Shown: positions 25,942 through 36,464, counted from the stretch's first letter. The stretch: DNA of 64,000 nt from an uncultured Candidatus Saccharibacteria bacterium (GCA_964610335.1 CAZSVP010000003.1:13531-77530); one strand, 5' to 3'. Program-made: numbers and translations. Notes: generated from the sequence alone by a model not told the origin.

Positions 25942-28842
25942 ATGAGCAAAGAAGCTCCCAAATCAACAAAAGCCCTCGATGAAGAAGCCATGATCAAGCT
26001 CTGGGCCCAAGAAGGCCTGTTTGAAAAGAGCATTGAAAATCGCAAGGGTGGTCCGCGTTTTCGTTTTTATGATGGTCCACCTTTTACTTCTGGCACACCA
26101 CACTATGGTCATGTGGAACAAAGCACCATCAAGGACTCAGTGGCTCGCTACAAAACTATGCAAGGTTATTATGTACCGCGCCGTACGGGTTGTGATACGC
26201 ATGGGCTGCCAATTGAGAATCTGGTTGAAAAAGAGCACGCGTTTAGCGACAAGCAGGACATTATCAAATTCGGTATCGATAATTTTAACAAAGCCTGTCG
26301 AGAGATTGTATTTCGTCACAAGAAAGATTTTGATAATCTCTACGAACGCCTGGGCCGATGGAATGATCCAGATAATGTCTATGCCACACTCGATGATGAT
26401 TATATGGAAAGTGTCTGGTGGGTGTTTAAGACCATTTACGATAAAGGACTTGTTTATAAGGGCTTCAAAAGCATGCCCTACTGTCCACGTTGTGCCACGC
26501 CACTGAGCAACTTTGAGGTCAATGATGGCTACAAGGATGATGTAGAAGATCCTAGCGTTTATGTTAAGTTCAAACTAAAAGATCACAATGAATACATGCT
26601 AGCTTGGACAACTACACCATGGAGCTTACCTGGCAATGCTGCATTGGCTGTCAATCCTAGCGCCAACTATGTCAAAGTTAGTGTCAAAAATGATGAAGAA
26701 AAGACTGAGGTTTTGGTTTTGGCCGAGGATCGACTAGAAGTTTTAGATGCGGATACTTATGAAGTTTTGGAGCGTGTAAAACCATCCGAGCTGGTTGGCC
26801 TAGCATACGAGCCAGTATTCAAACTACAAGGGGATCACACCAATCAAAATGTCTATAAGGTGTGGGAGGCGGATATTGTAAGCATTGATGATGGAACGGG
26901 TGTATTACATATAGCGCCAGCTTTTGGTGAGGATGATCTAAATTTGGGTCAAAAACATGATATTCCGGTAATTAACACTGTTGATACAAATGGTAAGATC
27001 ATGACCGGTTTTGGACTAAGTTTTGAAGGAAAGTTTTTTAAGTCCGCTGATAAATTGATTGTGGAAGAGCTAACCAAGCAGGGTAGTATCTATGCTGCCG
27101 AGACCTTTACTCATACCTATCCATTTTGTTGGCGCTGTGAAACTCCTTTACTGTACTACGCTATGCCTAGCTGGTTTGTTGAAGTTAGCAAATTTCGCGA
27201 TCGGCTAGTACAAACCGGAGAACAAACCAATTGGATTCCCGCTCACGTTAAATCCGGTCGATTCATTAAATGGTTAGAGGGTGCACGTGATTGGGCGGTT
27301 AGCCGCAATCGTTTTTGGGGCACTCCGATACCGGTTTGGGTCAACACAGAAGATGAGACCGATATGATAGTGGTTGGCAGCCTTGAAGAACTTCGCAAAC
27401 TTAGTGGCCACAAAGCTAGTGTCGATTTGCATCGTCCTGGCATAGACAAGATTGAAATCCATCAAAATGGCAAAACCTATAAGCGTATTGAGGAAGTATT
27501 TGATTGTTGGTTTGAATCCGGCTCGATGCCATATGGTCAAGATCACTACCCATTTGAGAACAAACAGGAATTTGACGATTCATTTCCAGCTGAGTTTGTG
27601 GTGGAAGCTATCGAACAAGTTCATTTGTGGTTTTATACCCTACATGTGCTTGCTACAGCTTTGTTTGATCGCCCAGCCTACAAAAACGTTATGGGCTCGG
27701 GACTTATGCTTGGTGAAGACGGGCGTAAATTATCCAAACGCTTGCGCAACTATGCTCCTCCAGAGGAGATATTTGACAGCTTGGGAGCCGATACGCTGCG
27801 CATGTTTATCCTTTCAAGTCCTCTCATGAATGCAGGCGATGTGCGCCTAAGCCAAGATGCACTTAAGGATGTTCATCGCAATCTGTTTGCTAGTTTGCAA
27901 AACTGCTACGGTTTTTACTCGATGTATGCCAAGGTAGATGGCTTCAAACCAGGCAAAAAGCTTGCCAGACCTACGCAGGTATCAGAGCTAGATAAGTGGA
28001 TGCTGGCACGGCTGGATCAGACAATTGCTGAGATGACCAATGCAGCAGATAGGTATCAGCTGCAAAAAGCTACAACACCACTTTTCAAACTACTCGATGA
28101 TTTGTCCAACTGGTACATCCGCCGATCGCGCCGCCGTTTTTGGAAATCTGATAATGATACAGATAAGAAAGCTGCTTACCAGACGCTGCATTTTTGTTTG
28201 CTCACCATCACTCAGCTACTTGCGCCATGGGCACCTTTCTTGTCTGATGAGCTGTATCGCAAATTGACAGTCGGTATGGTGTTGCCCGAGTCTGTACATC
28301 TGTCTGACTGGCCAAAAGCTGTCAAAGTAGATGAAAAGGTCCTCGAAACTATGGCCCTAGTACGCCAAGTCGTCAACGAGGGCTTGGCACAGCGGGCCAA
28401 GGCTGGAATAAAAGTGCGTCAACCACTAGAGAGTGTGGACGTAGCACTACCAAACCAGCTCGATCCGCAGCTACAAGATATTATTGCGGAAGAGCTCAAT
28501 GTCAAAGCTGTTTCGGTGACTAAGTCCGATACTATGACGGTTACACTCAATACCAAGCTGACAGATGAGCTGAAAGCTGAAGGTTTGGCTCGTGAGTTGA
28601 TCCGACATATTCAGCAGGGACGTAAGGAAGCCGGTCTGGAAGTGGAGAATCACATCTTACTTACTGTAGCAGCACCAGATGCTCAAGCTAAGCAGCTACA
28701 AGCGCATGCCAAGTTGATTGCGATGGAGACGCTGGCTGACCAGCTAGACTGGAACAAACCTATCGAGACAGCCCACCACAAGACTGCTACAATAGATGGC
28801 GATGAGTACATCATTGGCATCCAAATCTCAAAGGCTAGCTAA
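25942..28842 (+). CDS. ileS: Isoleucine--tRNA ligase (type 2)
   Basis: FYDGPPF..PHYGH, WTTTPWSLPGN, DWAVSRNRFWGTP, KLSKR, SNWYIRRSRRRFW. Confidence 0.97.
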   Translation: MSKEAPKSTKALDEEAMIKLWAQEGLFEKSIENRKGGPRFRFYDGPPFTSGTPHYGHVEQSTIKDSVARYKTMQGYYVPRRTGCDTHGLPIENLVEKEHAFSDKQDIIKFGIDNFNKACREIVFRHKKDFDNLYERLGRWNDPDNVYATLDDDYMESVWWVFKTIYDKGLVYKGFKSMPYCPRCATPLSNFEVNDGYKDDVEDPSVYVKFKLKDHNEYMLAWTTTPWSLPGNAALAVNPSANYVKVSVKNDEEKTEVLVLAEDRLEVLDADTYEVLERVKPSELVGLAYEPVFKLQGDHTNQNVYKVWEADIVSIDDGTGVLHIAPAFGEDDLNLGQKHDIPVINTVDTNGKIMTGFGLSFEGKFFKSADKLIVEELTKQGSIYAAETFTHTYPFCWRCETPLLYYAMPSWFVEVSKFRDRLVQTGEQTNWIPAHVKSGRFIKWLEGARDWAVSRNRFWGTPIPVWVNTEDETDMIVVGSLEELRKLSGHKASVDLHRPGIDKIEIHQNGKTYKRIEEVFDCWFESGSMPYGQDHYPFENKQEFDDSFPAEFVVEAIEQVHLWFYTLHVLATALFDRPAYKNVMGSGLMLGEDGRKLSKRLRNYAPPEEIFDSLGADTLRMFILSSPLMNAGDVRLSQDALKDVHRNLFASLQNCYGFYSMYAKVDGFKPGKKLARPTQVSELDKWMLARLDQTIAEMTNAADRYQLQKATTPLFKLLDDLSNWYIRRSRRRFWKSDNDTDKKAAYQTLHFCLLTITQLLAPWAPFLSDELYRKLTVGMVLPESVHLSDWPKAVKVDEKVLETMALVRQVVNEGLAQRAKAGIKVRQPLESVDVALPNQLDPQLQDIIAEELNVKAVSVTKSDTMTVTLNTKLTDELKAEGLARELIRHIQQGRKEAGLEVENHILLTVAAPDAQAKQLQAHAKLIAMETLADQLDWNKPIETAHHKTATIDGDEYIIGIQISKAS

Positions 28843-29977
28843 GTCAGCTAGTACTGCAGCCACCAAATCAAGCCACTTGCCGCGTGGTCTTATTGTGGCT
28901 GTGGCTTTTGTGACTATTGTTGGCCTGCTTATTCACTACTCACTGGGGTTACGGGGTGGCACATTTATACTGAGCGATTTCTACCGGCAGTCTATTGCGG
29001 CGGCGATCGGGGCGGTGGTGCTAATACTACTTACCAAACTTGATTACAGGATATTCAAGGACTATGCCAACTTGCTGTACATCATAGCAGTGGCGAGTCT
29101 ACTGCTGGTCGATGTGATCGGTGCGACGCGACTTGGTGCGACACGTTGGATTAGTATTGGATTGCTGCAGATACAACCATCGGAGTTTGCCAAGCTGTTT
29201 AGTATAATTTTCTTTGCGCAGTACATTAGCCAGCATCAGTTTGAGAGTCGATCTTGGAAAGTTCTACTCAAGAGTATTGGGCTGCTGGCAGTACCGGCGT
29301 TGTTGGTTCTGGCACAGCCTGATCTAGGAACTGCCTCGGTGTTTGTGGCTTGCTGGTTGGCAATAGTGTTGGCATCGAAACTACCCAAACTACCATTGGT
29401 TATTGTCTTACTAGTGGGCTTACTGATGCTACCGCTTGGCTACCGCTTCTTGGCGCCTTACCAAAAACAGCGTGTAGATAGTTTTCTATCGGCCCACAAT
29501 GACAAACAAGGCAGCGGCTACAATGTCAAACAGGCTCAGATAGCAATTGGTTCGGGCGGCATGTGGGGTCGGGGGTTGATGGCAGGCTCGCAGAGCGAAG
29601 GTAATTTCTTACCCAGTCATAGCACCGACTTTGTGTTTGCAGTGGTATCAGAAAAACTAGGTTTTCTAGGCTCTAGTTTGTTGGTGCTGGCACTCTACTA
29701 CATTGTGGCGCAGATATTACTGATTGGCTTCCGCGCCGCTGATTGGTTTGGCACTTTGCTGTGTGTTGGTATTGCTACCATGCTGTTTATACACGTCACA
29801 GTCAATGTTGGCATGAATCTTGGCTTGCTGCCAGTAACTGGCATCCCGCTGGCATTTGTATCGTTAGGCGGTAGTAGCCTAATAGTTATGTTGGCAAGTG
29901 TTGGGTTGAGTTTGAGTGTGGCGGCGCGCAGTCACCGCTTGCCGCGTTATCAAGAAGATGATCGGGTGGTGTACTAA
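28802..29977 (+). CDS. rodA: SEDS peptidoglycan polymerase RodA/FtsW (start uncertain)
   Basis: GATRWI..IQPSEFAK, QPDLGT, GYNVKQAQIAIGSGG, TDFVFAV, LPVTGIPL. Confidence 0.88.
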   Translation: MSTSLASKSQRLAKSASTAATKSSHLPRGLIVAVAFVTIVGLLIHYSLGLRGGTFILSDFYRQSIAAAIGAVVLILLTKLDYRIFKDYANLLYIIAVASLLLVDVIGATRLGATRWISIGLLQIQPSEFAKLFSIIFFAQYISQHQFESRSWKVLLKSIGLLAVPALLVLAQPDLGTASVFVACWLAIVLASKLPKLPLVIVLLVGLLMLPLGYRFLAPYQKQRVDSFLSAHNDKQGSGYNVKQAQIAIGSGGMWGRGLMAGSQSEGNFLPSHSTDFVFAVVSEKLGFLGSSLLVLALYYIVAQILLIGFRAADWFGTLLCVGIATMLFIHVTVNVGMNLGLLPVTGIPLAFVSLGGSSLIVMLASVGLSLSVAARSHRLPRYQEDDRVVY

Positions 29978-30516
29978 TGCGACACAAGCGTAAGCTACTG
30001 TCACTATTGCCAGTGCTGCTGGTAGTAGGTACCCTGTTGATTTACCGGGGTATTGAACTAAGCAAAGCCCCACCAACTGCTAGCGCTGGTGGTGATGTAC
30101 AACTACAAAAAGCAATCGATGGTGACACTATTGAGGTGGTTGATCATGGTACCAAACATACAGTACGGTTGATAGGTATCAACACGCCTGAGACTGTCGA
30201 TCCTCGCAAGCCAGTGCAGTGCTTTGGCCACGAGGCTAGCCAAAAAACCAAGGAGCTCACAGCTGGCGGTATAGCCCGGCTCGAAGTGGATCCTCTGGTT
30301 GGCGATACCGACAAATATGGCCGCTGGCTGCGTTATGTCTACTTGCCCGATGGCAGTATGCTCAATGCCCGACTTGTGGCCGAAGGCTATGCCTATGAGT
30401 ATACTTACCAAAGTCAGCCCTACACTCACCAAGCCGAGTTCAAAGCCGCTGCCAAAGCTGCGCGTGAACAAGGCCTAGGATTGTGGAGCGATATCACTTG
30501 TGCCGGCAAACTTTAG
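29977..30516 (+). CDS. Membrane-anchored thermonuclease (SNase)
   Basis: IDGDTI, VRLIGINTPE, DKYGRWLRYVY, GLGLWS. Confidence 0.93.
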   Translation: MRHKRKLLSLLPVLLVVGTLLIYRGIELSKAPPTASAGGDVQLQKAIDGDTIEVVDHGTKHTVRLIGINTPETVDPRKPVQCFGHEASQKTKELTAGGIARLEVDPLVGDTDKYGRWLRYVYLPDGSMLNARLVAEGYAYEYTYQSQPYTHQAEFKAAAKAAREQGLGLWSDITCAGKL

Positions 30517-30564
30517 TTGATTGCCAAGTAGTATAACCAAACATTAGTATGTATAATTGATCTT

Positions 30565-30924
30565 ATGAAACACACCATCAAACTCAATGATCAAGATGTT
30601 ATCGAGATGCACTACGTCGGACCGATTAGTGAAGAAGAAAACATGGACCTTATAAAACAATCATATGAGCTAATAACAAAGCAGATTGATCGTGGTAAGA
30701 AGCCATTAATATTGGTTGATCTATCGCAGAGCACACACTTTGTGCCACCAGCAATCAATGTCAATGCCATGCGTGATAGTGAAGCTTTTAAGATGGCTGG
30801 TTTTGGTATTACCAACGCGAAGGATCGCGAGGTAGCCCTCGGAGTTATTGCCAAGGCTGGCGCTCAAGATCACGTCCGATTGTTTGATGATCGCAACCAA
30901 GCCGAGGCATGGCTCAATAGTTAA
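30565..30924 (+). CDS. STAS/SEC14 (SpoIIAA-like) hypothetical protein
   Basis: ILVDLS and C-terminal VRLFDDRNQAEAWL. Confidence 0.7.
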   Translation: MKHTIKLNDQDVIEMHYVGPISEEENMDLIKQSYELITKQIDRGKKPLILVDLSQSTHFVPPAINVNAMRDSEAFKMAGFGITNAKDREVALGVIAKAGAQDHVRLFDDRNQAEAWLNS

Positions 30925-30973
30925 CACTTGTGCTTCAGCCGTAGCGTAGCCGCTACATGATATAATACTAGAT

Positions 30974-31702
30974 ATGATAGAAATCCGTGATGTAACTAAG
31001 ACATACGGTAAGGGTGACAATTTGTTTACGGCTCTCTACAATGTGTCGTTTACTATCCCTACCGGTAGCTCCGTGGCCATTATTGGCAAAAGTGGTTCGG
31101 GCAAATCCACGCTCATGCATGTTATGAGTGGGCTTGACCATACCACCAATGGCGAGATTGTGATCCACGGTGATAGCTTGCAATCAATGAAGCCACGCCA
31201 GATTGATAAATTTCGATCACGGGAGATGAGCTTTATCTTCCAGGCTTTTTTTGTCGAGGCCAATCAGACTTGTTATCAAAATGTGATGTTACCTCTCGAG
31301 ATTGCCAAGGTTGCACGGCGCAGCCGTCGCAAGATGGTGCTGGACGCACTCAAGGCAGTTGGGCTTGAAGAGAAGGTCAACGCTCAGGCCAATAGCTTGT
31401 CGGGTGGACAGAAGCAACGCCTGGCCATAGCTCGAGCCATTGTAAATAAACCCAAACTAATATTTGCTGATGAGCCGACTGGTAATCTCGATAGCAGCAC
31501 TGGCGAGATGATCATTAAGTTACTTTTCAAACTCAATCGCACGCTTGGCTGTACACTCGTCATTGTGACTCACGACCCAGAGTTGGCTCAGCGCTGTAAA
31601 CATCAGATTCATCTCAAAGACGGACAACTGGTACAAGCAACTTCGCCAGTCAATGCTATCAAGCGGTCAAACAAGCGAGTGATTAAACGGATGGGGCTCT
31701 GA
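30974..31702 (+). CDS. ABC transporter ATP-binding protein (LolD/MacB type)
   Basis: GKSGSGKST, LSGGQKQR, FADEPTGNLD, VTHD. Confidence 0.95.
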   Translation: MIEIRDVTKTYGKGDNLFTALYNVSFTIPTGSSVAIIGKSGSGKSTLMHVMSGLDHTTNGEIVIHGDSLQSMKPRQIDKFRSREMSFIFQAFFVEANQTCYQNVMLPLEIAKVARRSRRKMVLDALKAVGLEEKVNAQANSLSGGQKQRLAIARAIVNKPKLIFADEPTGNLDSSTGEMIIKLLFKLNRTLGCTLVIVTHDPELAQRCKHQIHLKDGQLVQATSPVNAIKRSNKRVIKRMGL

Positions 31703-33045
31703 TGTACTGGACAGATCTATTTCGACGCTCGGGACGCAATCTGCGCAGTGCCAAGGCGCGTACTATATTGACCGCTGCTGCCATAGCAGTTGGGGCTTTT
31801 GCACTGACTTTGACATTGGCTGCCAGCAATGGCGCTCAAGCCTATGTCGGTAAGATTATTGCTGAGAATTTTGATCCAGCCGAGCTGATTGTTACCAATG
31901 ACACGGCAGTTTTTGGGCAGGGTGACAGCACCAAACCGCGCGAATACGATCCTAGCTTTGGTGCTGGCGCGAGTAACTCGGGTGCCGTCACTCAGGTCAA
32001 GAAGATCACCCAGGCCGATGTCGACAAGCTCAAAGCACTCAATGGTGTGGAGTCGGTACGGGAGTATATAAGTGTCAATCTTCAGTATCTAACGCGTGAC
32101 GACCAGAAAAAGTATGTTGCTACAGTGTCGGTATTCAACCCGTCACAAAAACCACAGCTACTGGCTGGTAGTATTCCAAACCCGCTCAATAACAAGCAAG
32201 CGTTGCTGCCGGAGGGCTATGTATCGGCACTTGGCTTTAGCAGCCCACAAGATGCGATCGGCAAAAAGGTAAAGTTGGTAGTAGCTGAGCCGGCAGCAGT
32301 TGCAACTCGCGGACCATTTGGTACCGTGGTGGCGACTTCACCCAAGACTATCGAGCAAGAGTATACTGTAGCGGCAGTACTCAAGAAACCAGTCACGGCT
32401 CAGCCAGGCACCGAGCTATACCTATACATTGGCCTCGATGACGCTCGGGCGCTCAACGATCTTACGACTGCCAATACGGCCGAGTATCGCAAGTACGACG
32501 CTGTCTATGTGAAGGTTTTGGATGGCCAGAACCAGGCTAGTCTGGAGAAGGTACAGGCTGAGATCAAGAAGCTGGGCTATGAGGCTCAGAGTGTCAAAGA
32601 CACCCAAGAGTTTCTCAACCAAATTATTGCGGTGTTGCAAGGCATAGTAGCGGCCTTTGCGTTTATTGCTATCATCGCCTCGGTGTTCGGTATTATCAAC
32701 ACTATGTATATCAGTGTGGTGCAGCGTACCCGTGAGATAGGGCTGATGAAAGCACTGGGTATGCGCAAGCGCGACATTGGCCGGCTTTTCCGCCTCGAAG
32801 CGGCCTGGATTGGCTTACTTGGTGGTTTGATCGGCTCACTACTAGCAATCGGGTTGGGCTTTGCGCTTAACCCTTGGATTACTAAGCAGCTTGATCTGGG
32901 CGACGGCAACTACTTGCTAATATTCAAGCCGATTGAGGTAGTGATCTTGATAATTATACTGATACTAGTATCGATTGTTGCTGGTTGGCTACCATCACGC
33001 AAGGCAGCTCGGCTCGACCCCATCGAGGCACTTAGAACAGAATAA
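31702..33045 (+). CDS. ABC transporter permease (FtsX/MacB type)
   Basis: RTILT..IAVG, GIINTMYISVVQRTREIGLMKALG, AARLDPIEALR. Confidence 0.95.
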   Translation: MYWTDLFRRSGRNLRSAKARTILTAAAIAVGAFALTLTLAASNGAQAYVGKIIAENFDPAELIVTNDTAVFGQGDSTKPREYDPSFGAGASNSGAVTQVKKITQADVDKLKALNGVESVREYISVNLQYLTRDDQKKYVATVSVFNPSQKPQLLAGSIPNPLNNKQALLPEGYVSALGFSSPQDAIGKKVKLVVAEPAAVATRGPFGTVVATSPKTIEQEYTVAAVLKKPVTAQPGTELYLYIGLDDARALNDLTTANTAEYRKYDAVYVKVLDGQNQASLEKVQAEIKKLGYEAQSVKDTQEFLNQIIAVLQGIVAAFAFIAIIASVFGIINTMYISVVQRTREIGLMKALGMRKRDIGRLFRLEAAWIGLLGGLIGSLLAIGLGFALNPWITKQLDLGDGNYLLIFKPIEVVILIIILILVSIVAGWLPSRKAARLDPIEALRTE

Positions 33046-33062
33046 AAATATCCATGAATGGA

Positions 33063-33099
33063 AAACGACCCGCAGAAGCGAGATCGTTTCCGTGGGTCG
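33063..33099 (-). terminator. Hairpin terminator between convergent genes
   Basis: Minus strand CGACCCACGGA...TCTGCGGGTCG-TTTT. Confidence 0.6.
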
Positions 33100-33117
33100 T
33101 ATAGTGCTGATTGATGC

Positions 33118-33486
33118 TCAGCGAGTAGGACTGGCGCGTTGGGCGATGATGCCATCCAGGGCGTCGCACTTGAGATGGGGGAACAGCAGTGGCTCGAGTC
33201 GCTCCAGCTCGCGCAGAAAGCCACTGAGCCGGTATTCGGTCAAGAACTTGGCCGAAGCCACGGGCATGCTCAGCAACAATGTGCTGTAGAGCGGCCGGCG
33301 CACTCGGCCACGGCTGCGAATCATCACCACACTGGCCGCGAAGTGCAACATGTAGGTGCCGGCCATGGCCAGGTCGACTTGCTTGTTGCGGCGGATCCAC
33401 ACGTGAGCCTGTCGCTCCAGTTGGTTCATCTGCTCTCGGTAGTTGGCGCGTCGACGCGCTTCGTCTGACAGGGGAATGGTCACCAC
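33118..33486 (-). CDS. Hypothetical protein (GC-rich singleton)
   Basis: AGGAG SD and GTG start; upstream TATAAT; downstream terminator; GC-rich third codon positions. Confidence 0.6.
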   Translation of the reverse strand: MVTIPLSDEARRRANYREQMNQLERQAHVWIRRNKQVDLAMAGTYMLHFAASVVMIRSRGRVRRPLYSTLLLSMPVASAKFLTEYRLSGFLRELERLEPLLFPHLKCDALDGIIAQRASPTR

Positions 33487-33554
33487 AGCTCCTGGGTTTT
33501 TGGGGATACAGTAAAGCTGGCATATTATACAATATTGCTACCATACGATCAATA

Positions 33555-34721
33555 CTAAGAGCCAACGATGTAGAGTTCTTGCTCGGCTCGGGTGACTGCC
33601 GTATATAGCCAGCGGCGCCAATCTTGCTCACTCATTTTGGAAAACCGCTCTTCAAACACTAGTACCTTTTGGGCTTGCGAGCCTTGAGCTTTGTGCACTG
33701 TAAGTCCATAGCCGAAGTCAAATAGTCCGACCAAGTCTGCCTTGTCGCGTTTGGGCGCGCGTGACATGGTAGTGGTTTCGCCAAACTGAGCCCGTGGCAC
33801 GTAGCCGTCGAAGCGCAGGCCATCGAAGTTGGCCTGCATATGCCACCATAGCTGATCAATGTCATCGTCGGCCGTAGTGATTGACTCGATCACACCGAGC
33901 TGGCCATTGGCCAAGCCACTTTCGTGATTGTTGCGCAAACACACGATGGTATCACCAGCTTTGGGCTCAGCGCCTTCAAAACCTTTGAGCTGGCGGACAT
34001 GTGCATTGAGTCGCTGGCGCGTGTGATTGTAGCCACACAGCACCATAGTGTCACTAGTGTGGGAGTGCAGTATTGCCTCTACCACATCGCCGGTTTCGCC
34101 ATTACTGCGATCGAGCTTGCGCACACTTGCGGAGTAGTCACCGATTGGGATAATGCCAGATGTGCGAGCCATAGTCGCGAGCTGGATGATAGGGCTATCG
34201 GCCGCTTGACGCCAGATCTTTTCGAGCCGCAGTTCGGGCTCATCCATGAGATTAAATGTAGAGTTGATCGGTGGTAGCTGACCATGGTCACCAACTGCCA
34301 ATATTGGCTTGTCAAAACTCAGAGCGTCGTCCCAGATCTCTTCGTTGACCATACTCGCCTCGTCGATAATTATTAGATCACACTTTAGCTCCTCGCGTTT
34401 TTTGAAGAAGAAGCCACCATCAGCCCGCTCTTGGCGACGGTACATCAGGCTATGTAGGGTACTGACAGTGTCGCTACTTTGCAGTATTTTGGCTTCGCGC
34501 AGCCGATTCTTGAGTACTAGGGCAGCTTTGCCGGTGTAGGCTGCAAAGCCCACTTTCATAGAGGGCTTGTTCTTGTGTAGCACCTGGCGCAGGGCTGCTA
34601 GCAAGGTGGTCTTGCCCGTGCCGGCATAACCACCGAGAGTGATGTACTGTTTGTCGGGATCTTTGAGCCACTGACCTATGGAAGTCAGCGCAGCGGCTTG
34701 ATCGGCGGAATACTTTTGCAT
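33555..34721 (-). CDS. RecD/Dda-like superfamily 1B DNA helicase
   Basis: GYAGTGKT, IIDEASMV, VGDHGQLPPI, TVHKAQGSQ, LYTAVTRA. Confidence 0.92.
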   Translation of the reverse strand: MQKYSADQAAALTSIGQWLKDPDKQYITLGGYAGTGKTTLLAALRQVLHKNKPSMKVGFAAYTGKAALVLKNRLREAKILQSSDTVSTLHSLMYRRQERADGGFFFKKREELKCDLIIIDEASMVNEEIWDDALSFDKPILAVGDHGQLPPINSTFNLMDEPELRLEKIWRQAADSPIIQLATMARTSGIIPIGDYSASVRKLDRSNGETGDVVEAILHSHTSDTMVLCGYNHTRQRLNAHVRQLKGFEGAEPKAGDTIVCLRNNHESGLANGQLGVIESITTADDDIDQLWWHMQANFDGLRFDGYVPRAQFGETTTMSRAPKRDKADLVGLFDFGYGLTVHKAQGSQAQKVLVFEERFSKMSEQDWRRWLYTAVTRAEQELYIVGS

Positions 34722-34847
34722 AAGACAATTATTGTAGCACGCCAGCTACCAAGCATTGATCTCATGGTTGTGTCGACTTGGCTGGTTTGCTAAAGTGTTC
34801 CGTAATACGCCAGATCGGCGTGAATCTTGAGAAAAGGGGGGAGACCC

Positions 34848-35546
34848 ATGAGGCAGCCTGACGATCTCGATGAGCTCGAGATCACCATGCTCGAGGAGCT
34901 GGCAGAGCGTGGCGCCGTTGCGGATAGCGACAATGCTGCCGCTGAGCTGGCATACCGCATTGGCGAGCGGGTCGGCACTGTGGTCAATGGCCGCATTCGT
35001 CGGCTCACCAGACTCCAGCTCGTGGCAGTGACCAATGGTGGTGGTGAGCTGTACAGCGGCATTGCCATCACCAAGGCTGGTTGTCGAGCGGCCCAGATCG
35101 ACTCCCGCTTGGCACGGCGACCACCGGCCCCAACACCGGAGGGATTCAACGCCCATACACCCGTGGTTCGTACCAGGCTTGGCCAGCCACACAGCCTGAC
35201 ACCTGCTAGCAAGCCTGCCGTCCGTGTAACATCGGCGCCAGTGTCGCAGCCAGCGTCAGCACAACCGCGCCAAGCTGCTCAGCCGCGGTCGCGATCCCGC
35301 ATGCATGAGCTCGATCAAGCAGTGTTGCAAGCGCTCGTGAATGGGCCGATCAAGGATCACAACAGTGCCGCCGGCGTGTTGGCGCGCCGACTGGGAGTGG
35401 CGCGCACCAATGGCTTCTCCATGCGACTCAAGGTACTGGCTGATCGTGGCTACATCGATCGCGTGGTAGCCCAAAAGCGCACCTTCAGCATCGCCATCAC
35501 CGAGTCCGGGCGGGCAGCCTTGACCGCTGCTCTGGCGGCGTCGTAG
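34848..35546 (+). CDS. Protein with two tandem winged-helix domains
   Basis: Two similar units (L..L..LA..G..LA.R.G..R...L...IAIT..G) joined by a P/A/Q-rich linker. Confidence 0.7.
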   Translation: MRQPDDLDELEITMLEELAERGAVADSDNAAAELAYRIGERVGTVVNGRIRRLTRLQLVAVTNGGGELYSGIAITKAGCRAAQIDSRLARRPPAPTPEGFNAHTPVVRTRLGQPHSLTPASKPAVRVTSAPVSQPASAQPRQAAQPRSRSRMHELDQAVLQALVNGPIKDHNSAAGVLARRLGVARTNGFSMRLKVLADRGYIDRVVAQKRTFSIAITESGRAALTAALAAS

Positions 35547-35566
35547 CCCAACTGCTCAACTATACC

Positions 35567-35609
35567 GACCCCTAGCCGAAGACCCTTGGCTGGGGGTCTT
35601 CGTGCTTTT
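35567..35609 (+). terminator. Intrinsic terminator
   Basis: GACCCCTAGCC...GGCTGGGGGTC followed by a T-rich tail. Confidence 0.6.
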
Positions 35610-35679
35610 AGGACCAAGTAGTATTGTTGTTTTTGTGCTGCCTCTATCCGAGCACTGCAAAACAACGTAGTATAAGTAT

Positions 35680-36417
35680 ATGAGTGATCCAGAAAATCCA
35701 ATCCAGCCTAAACCCGAGGGTACTCAGTTCTCGCCAGATCTTACGCCGCCAGATGATATTGAAATACTTCGGCAGCGCAATGCTGAGTTGGAAGCCGAAA
35801 ATCAGCTTTTGCGCCAAAAGCTCAAAGCGGCCAACGTCGGATTATTTCATGATCGGCGTCATATCCATGAGCTCGAAGATAAGCTAGAGCACGACGAGCA
35901 GACAGGCCTGGCCAACGAAGCAACTCTTAATACTTGGTTAGAAGCATGTATAGAACAGGGTACTGACAATCTTTGGTTGATAGGAATAGATGTAGACAGG
36001 TTTAAAGATGTTAACGATACTATGGGGCATCCGGCGGCGGATAGGGTGTTGATTGAGGTTGTAGGCAAAGAGCTGCAGTTATTAATTCGGCGCGGAGACA
36101 TTGCCGCTCACTTGCATGGTGACGAGTTTGCAATTGCACTGGCAGGGCCAACGCGCGAGCGAGTAGAAGAGATTGCCAAGGGTTTGCTCGCTACTTCCAA
36201 TAGCCTTGGACTAAGCAAGAATGGCTTTGTAGATATGGATGATCCAGCTCAAGCCGCTCAAGCCATTCGGGTGCAAATGAGCATTGGTGCTGCAGAATGG
36301 CGCCCCGGTATGTCGCTTCAACAGCTACGAGAACAGACCGACCGGGCACTGTATGATGCCAAAGAAGCTGGTCGCAACACTTTTGCTATCCGTTCTGATC
36401 GTCCTACTTCGACATAG
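35680..36417 (+). CDS. GGDEF-domain protein with HGDEF variant motif
   Basis: Coiled coil, DEQTGLAN, DVDRFKDVNDTMGH, RRGD..HLHGDEF, SIG, DRALYDAKEAGRN. Confidence 0.9.
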   Translation: MSDPENPIQPKPEGTQFSPDLTPPDDIEILRQRNAELEAENQLLRQKLKAANVGLFHDRRHIHELEDKLEHDEQTGLANEATLNTWLEACIEQGTDNLWLIGIDVDRFKDVNDTMGHPAADRVLIEVVGKELQLLIRRGDIAAHLHGDEFAIALAGPTRERVEEIAKGLLATSNSLGLSKNGFVDMDDPAQAAQAIRVQMSIGAAEWRPGMSLQQLREQTDRALYDAKEAGRNTFAIRSDRPTST

Positions 36418-36464
36418 GTAGACAGTGGATCACAGATCTGGCGCTGATGCGTTATAGTAGTAGT

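Noticed and set aside
33032-33631. 199-aa minus-strand ORF and overlapping plus-strand ORFs
   Set aside because: They overlap neighbouring genes and have non-globular composition; 33118-33486 has the SD, promoter and terminator.
35546-35640. Integron attC site (GCCCAAC directly after the stop)
   Set aside because: No matching GTTRRRY end, and other singleton genes lack the pattern; the hairpin is explained as a terminator.
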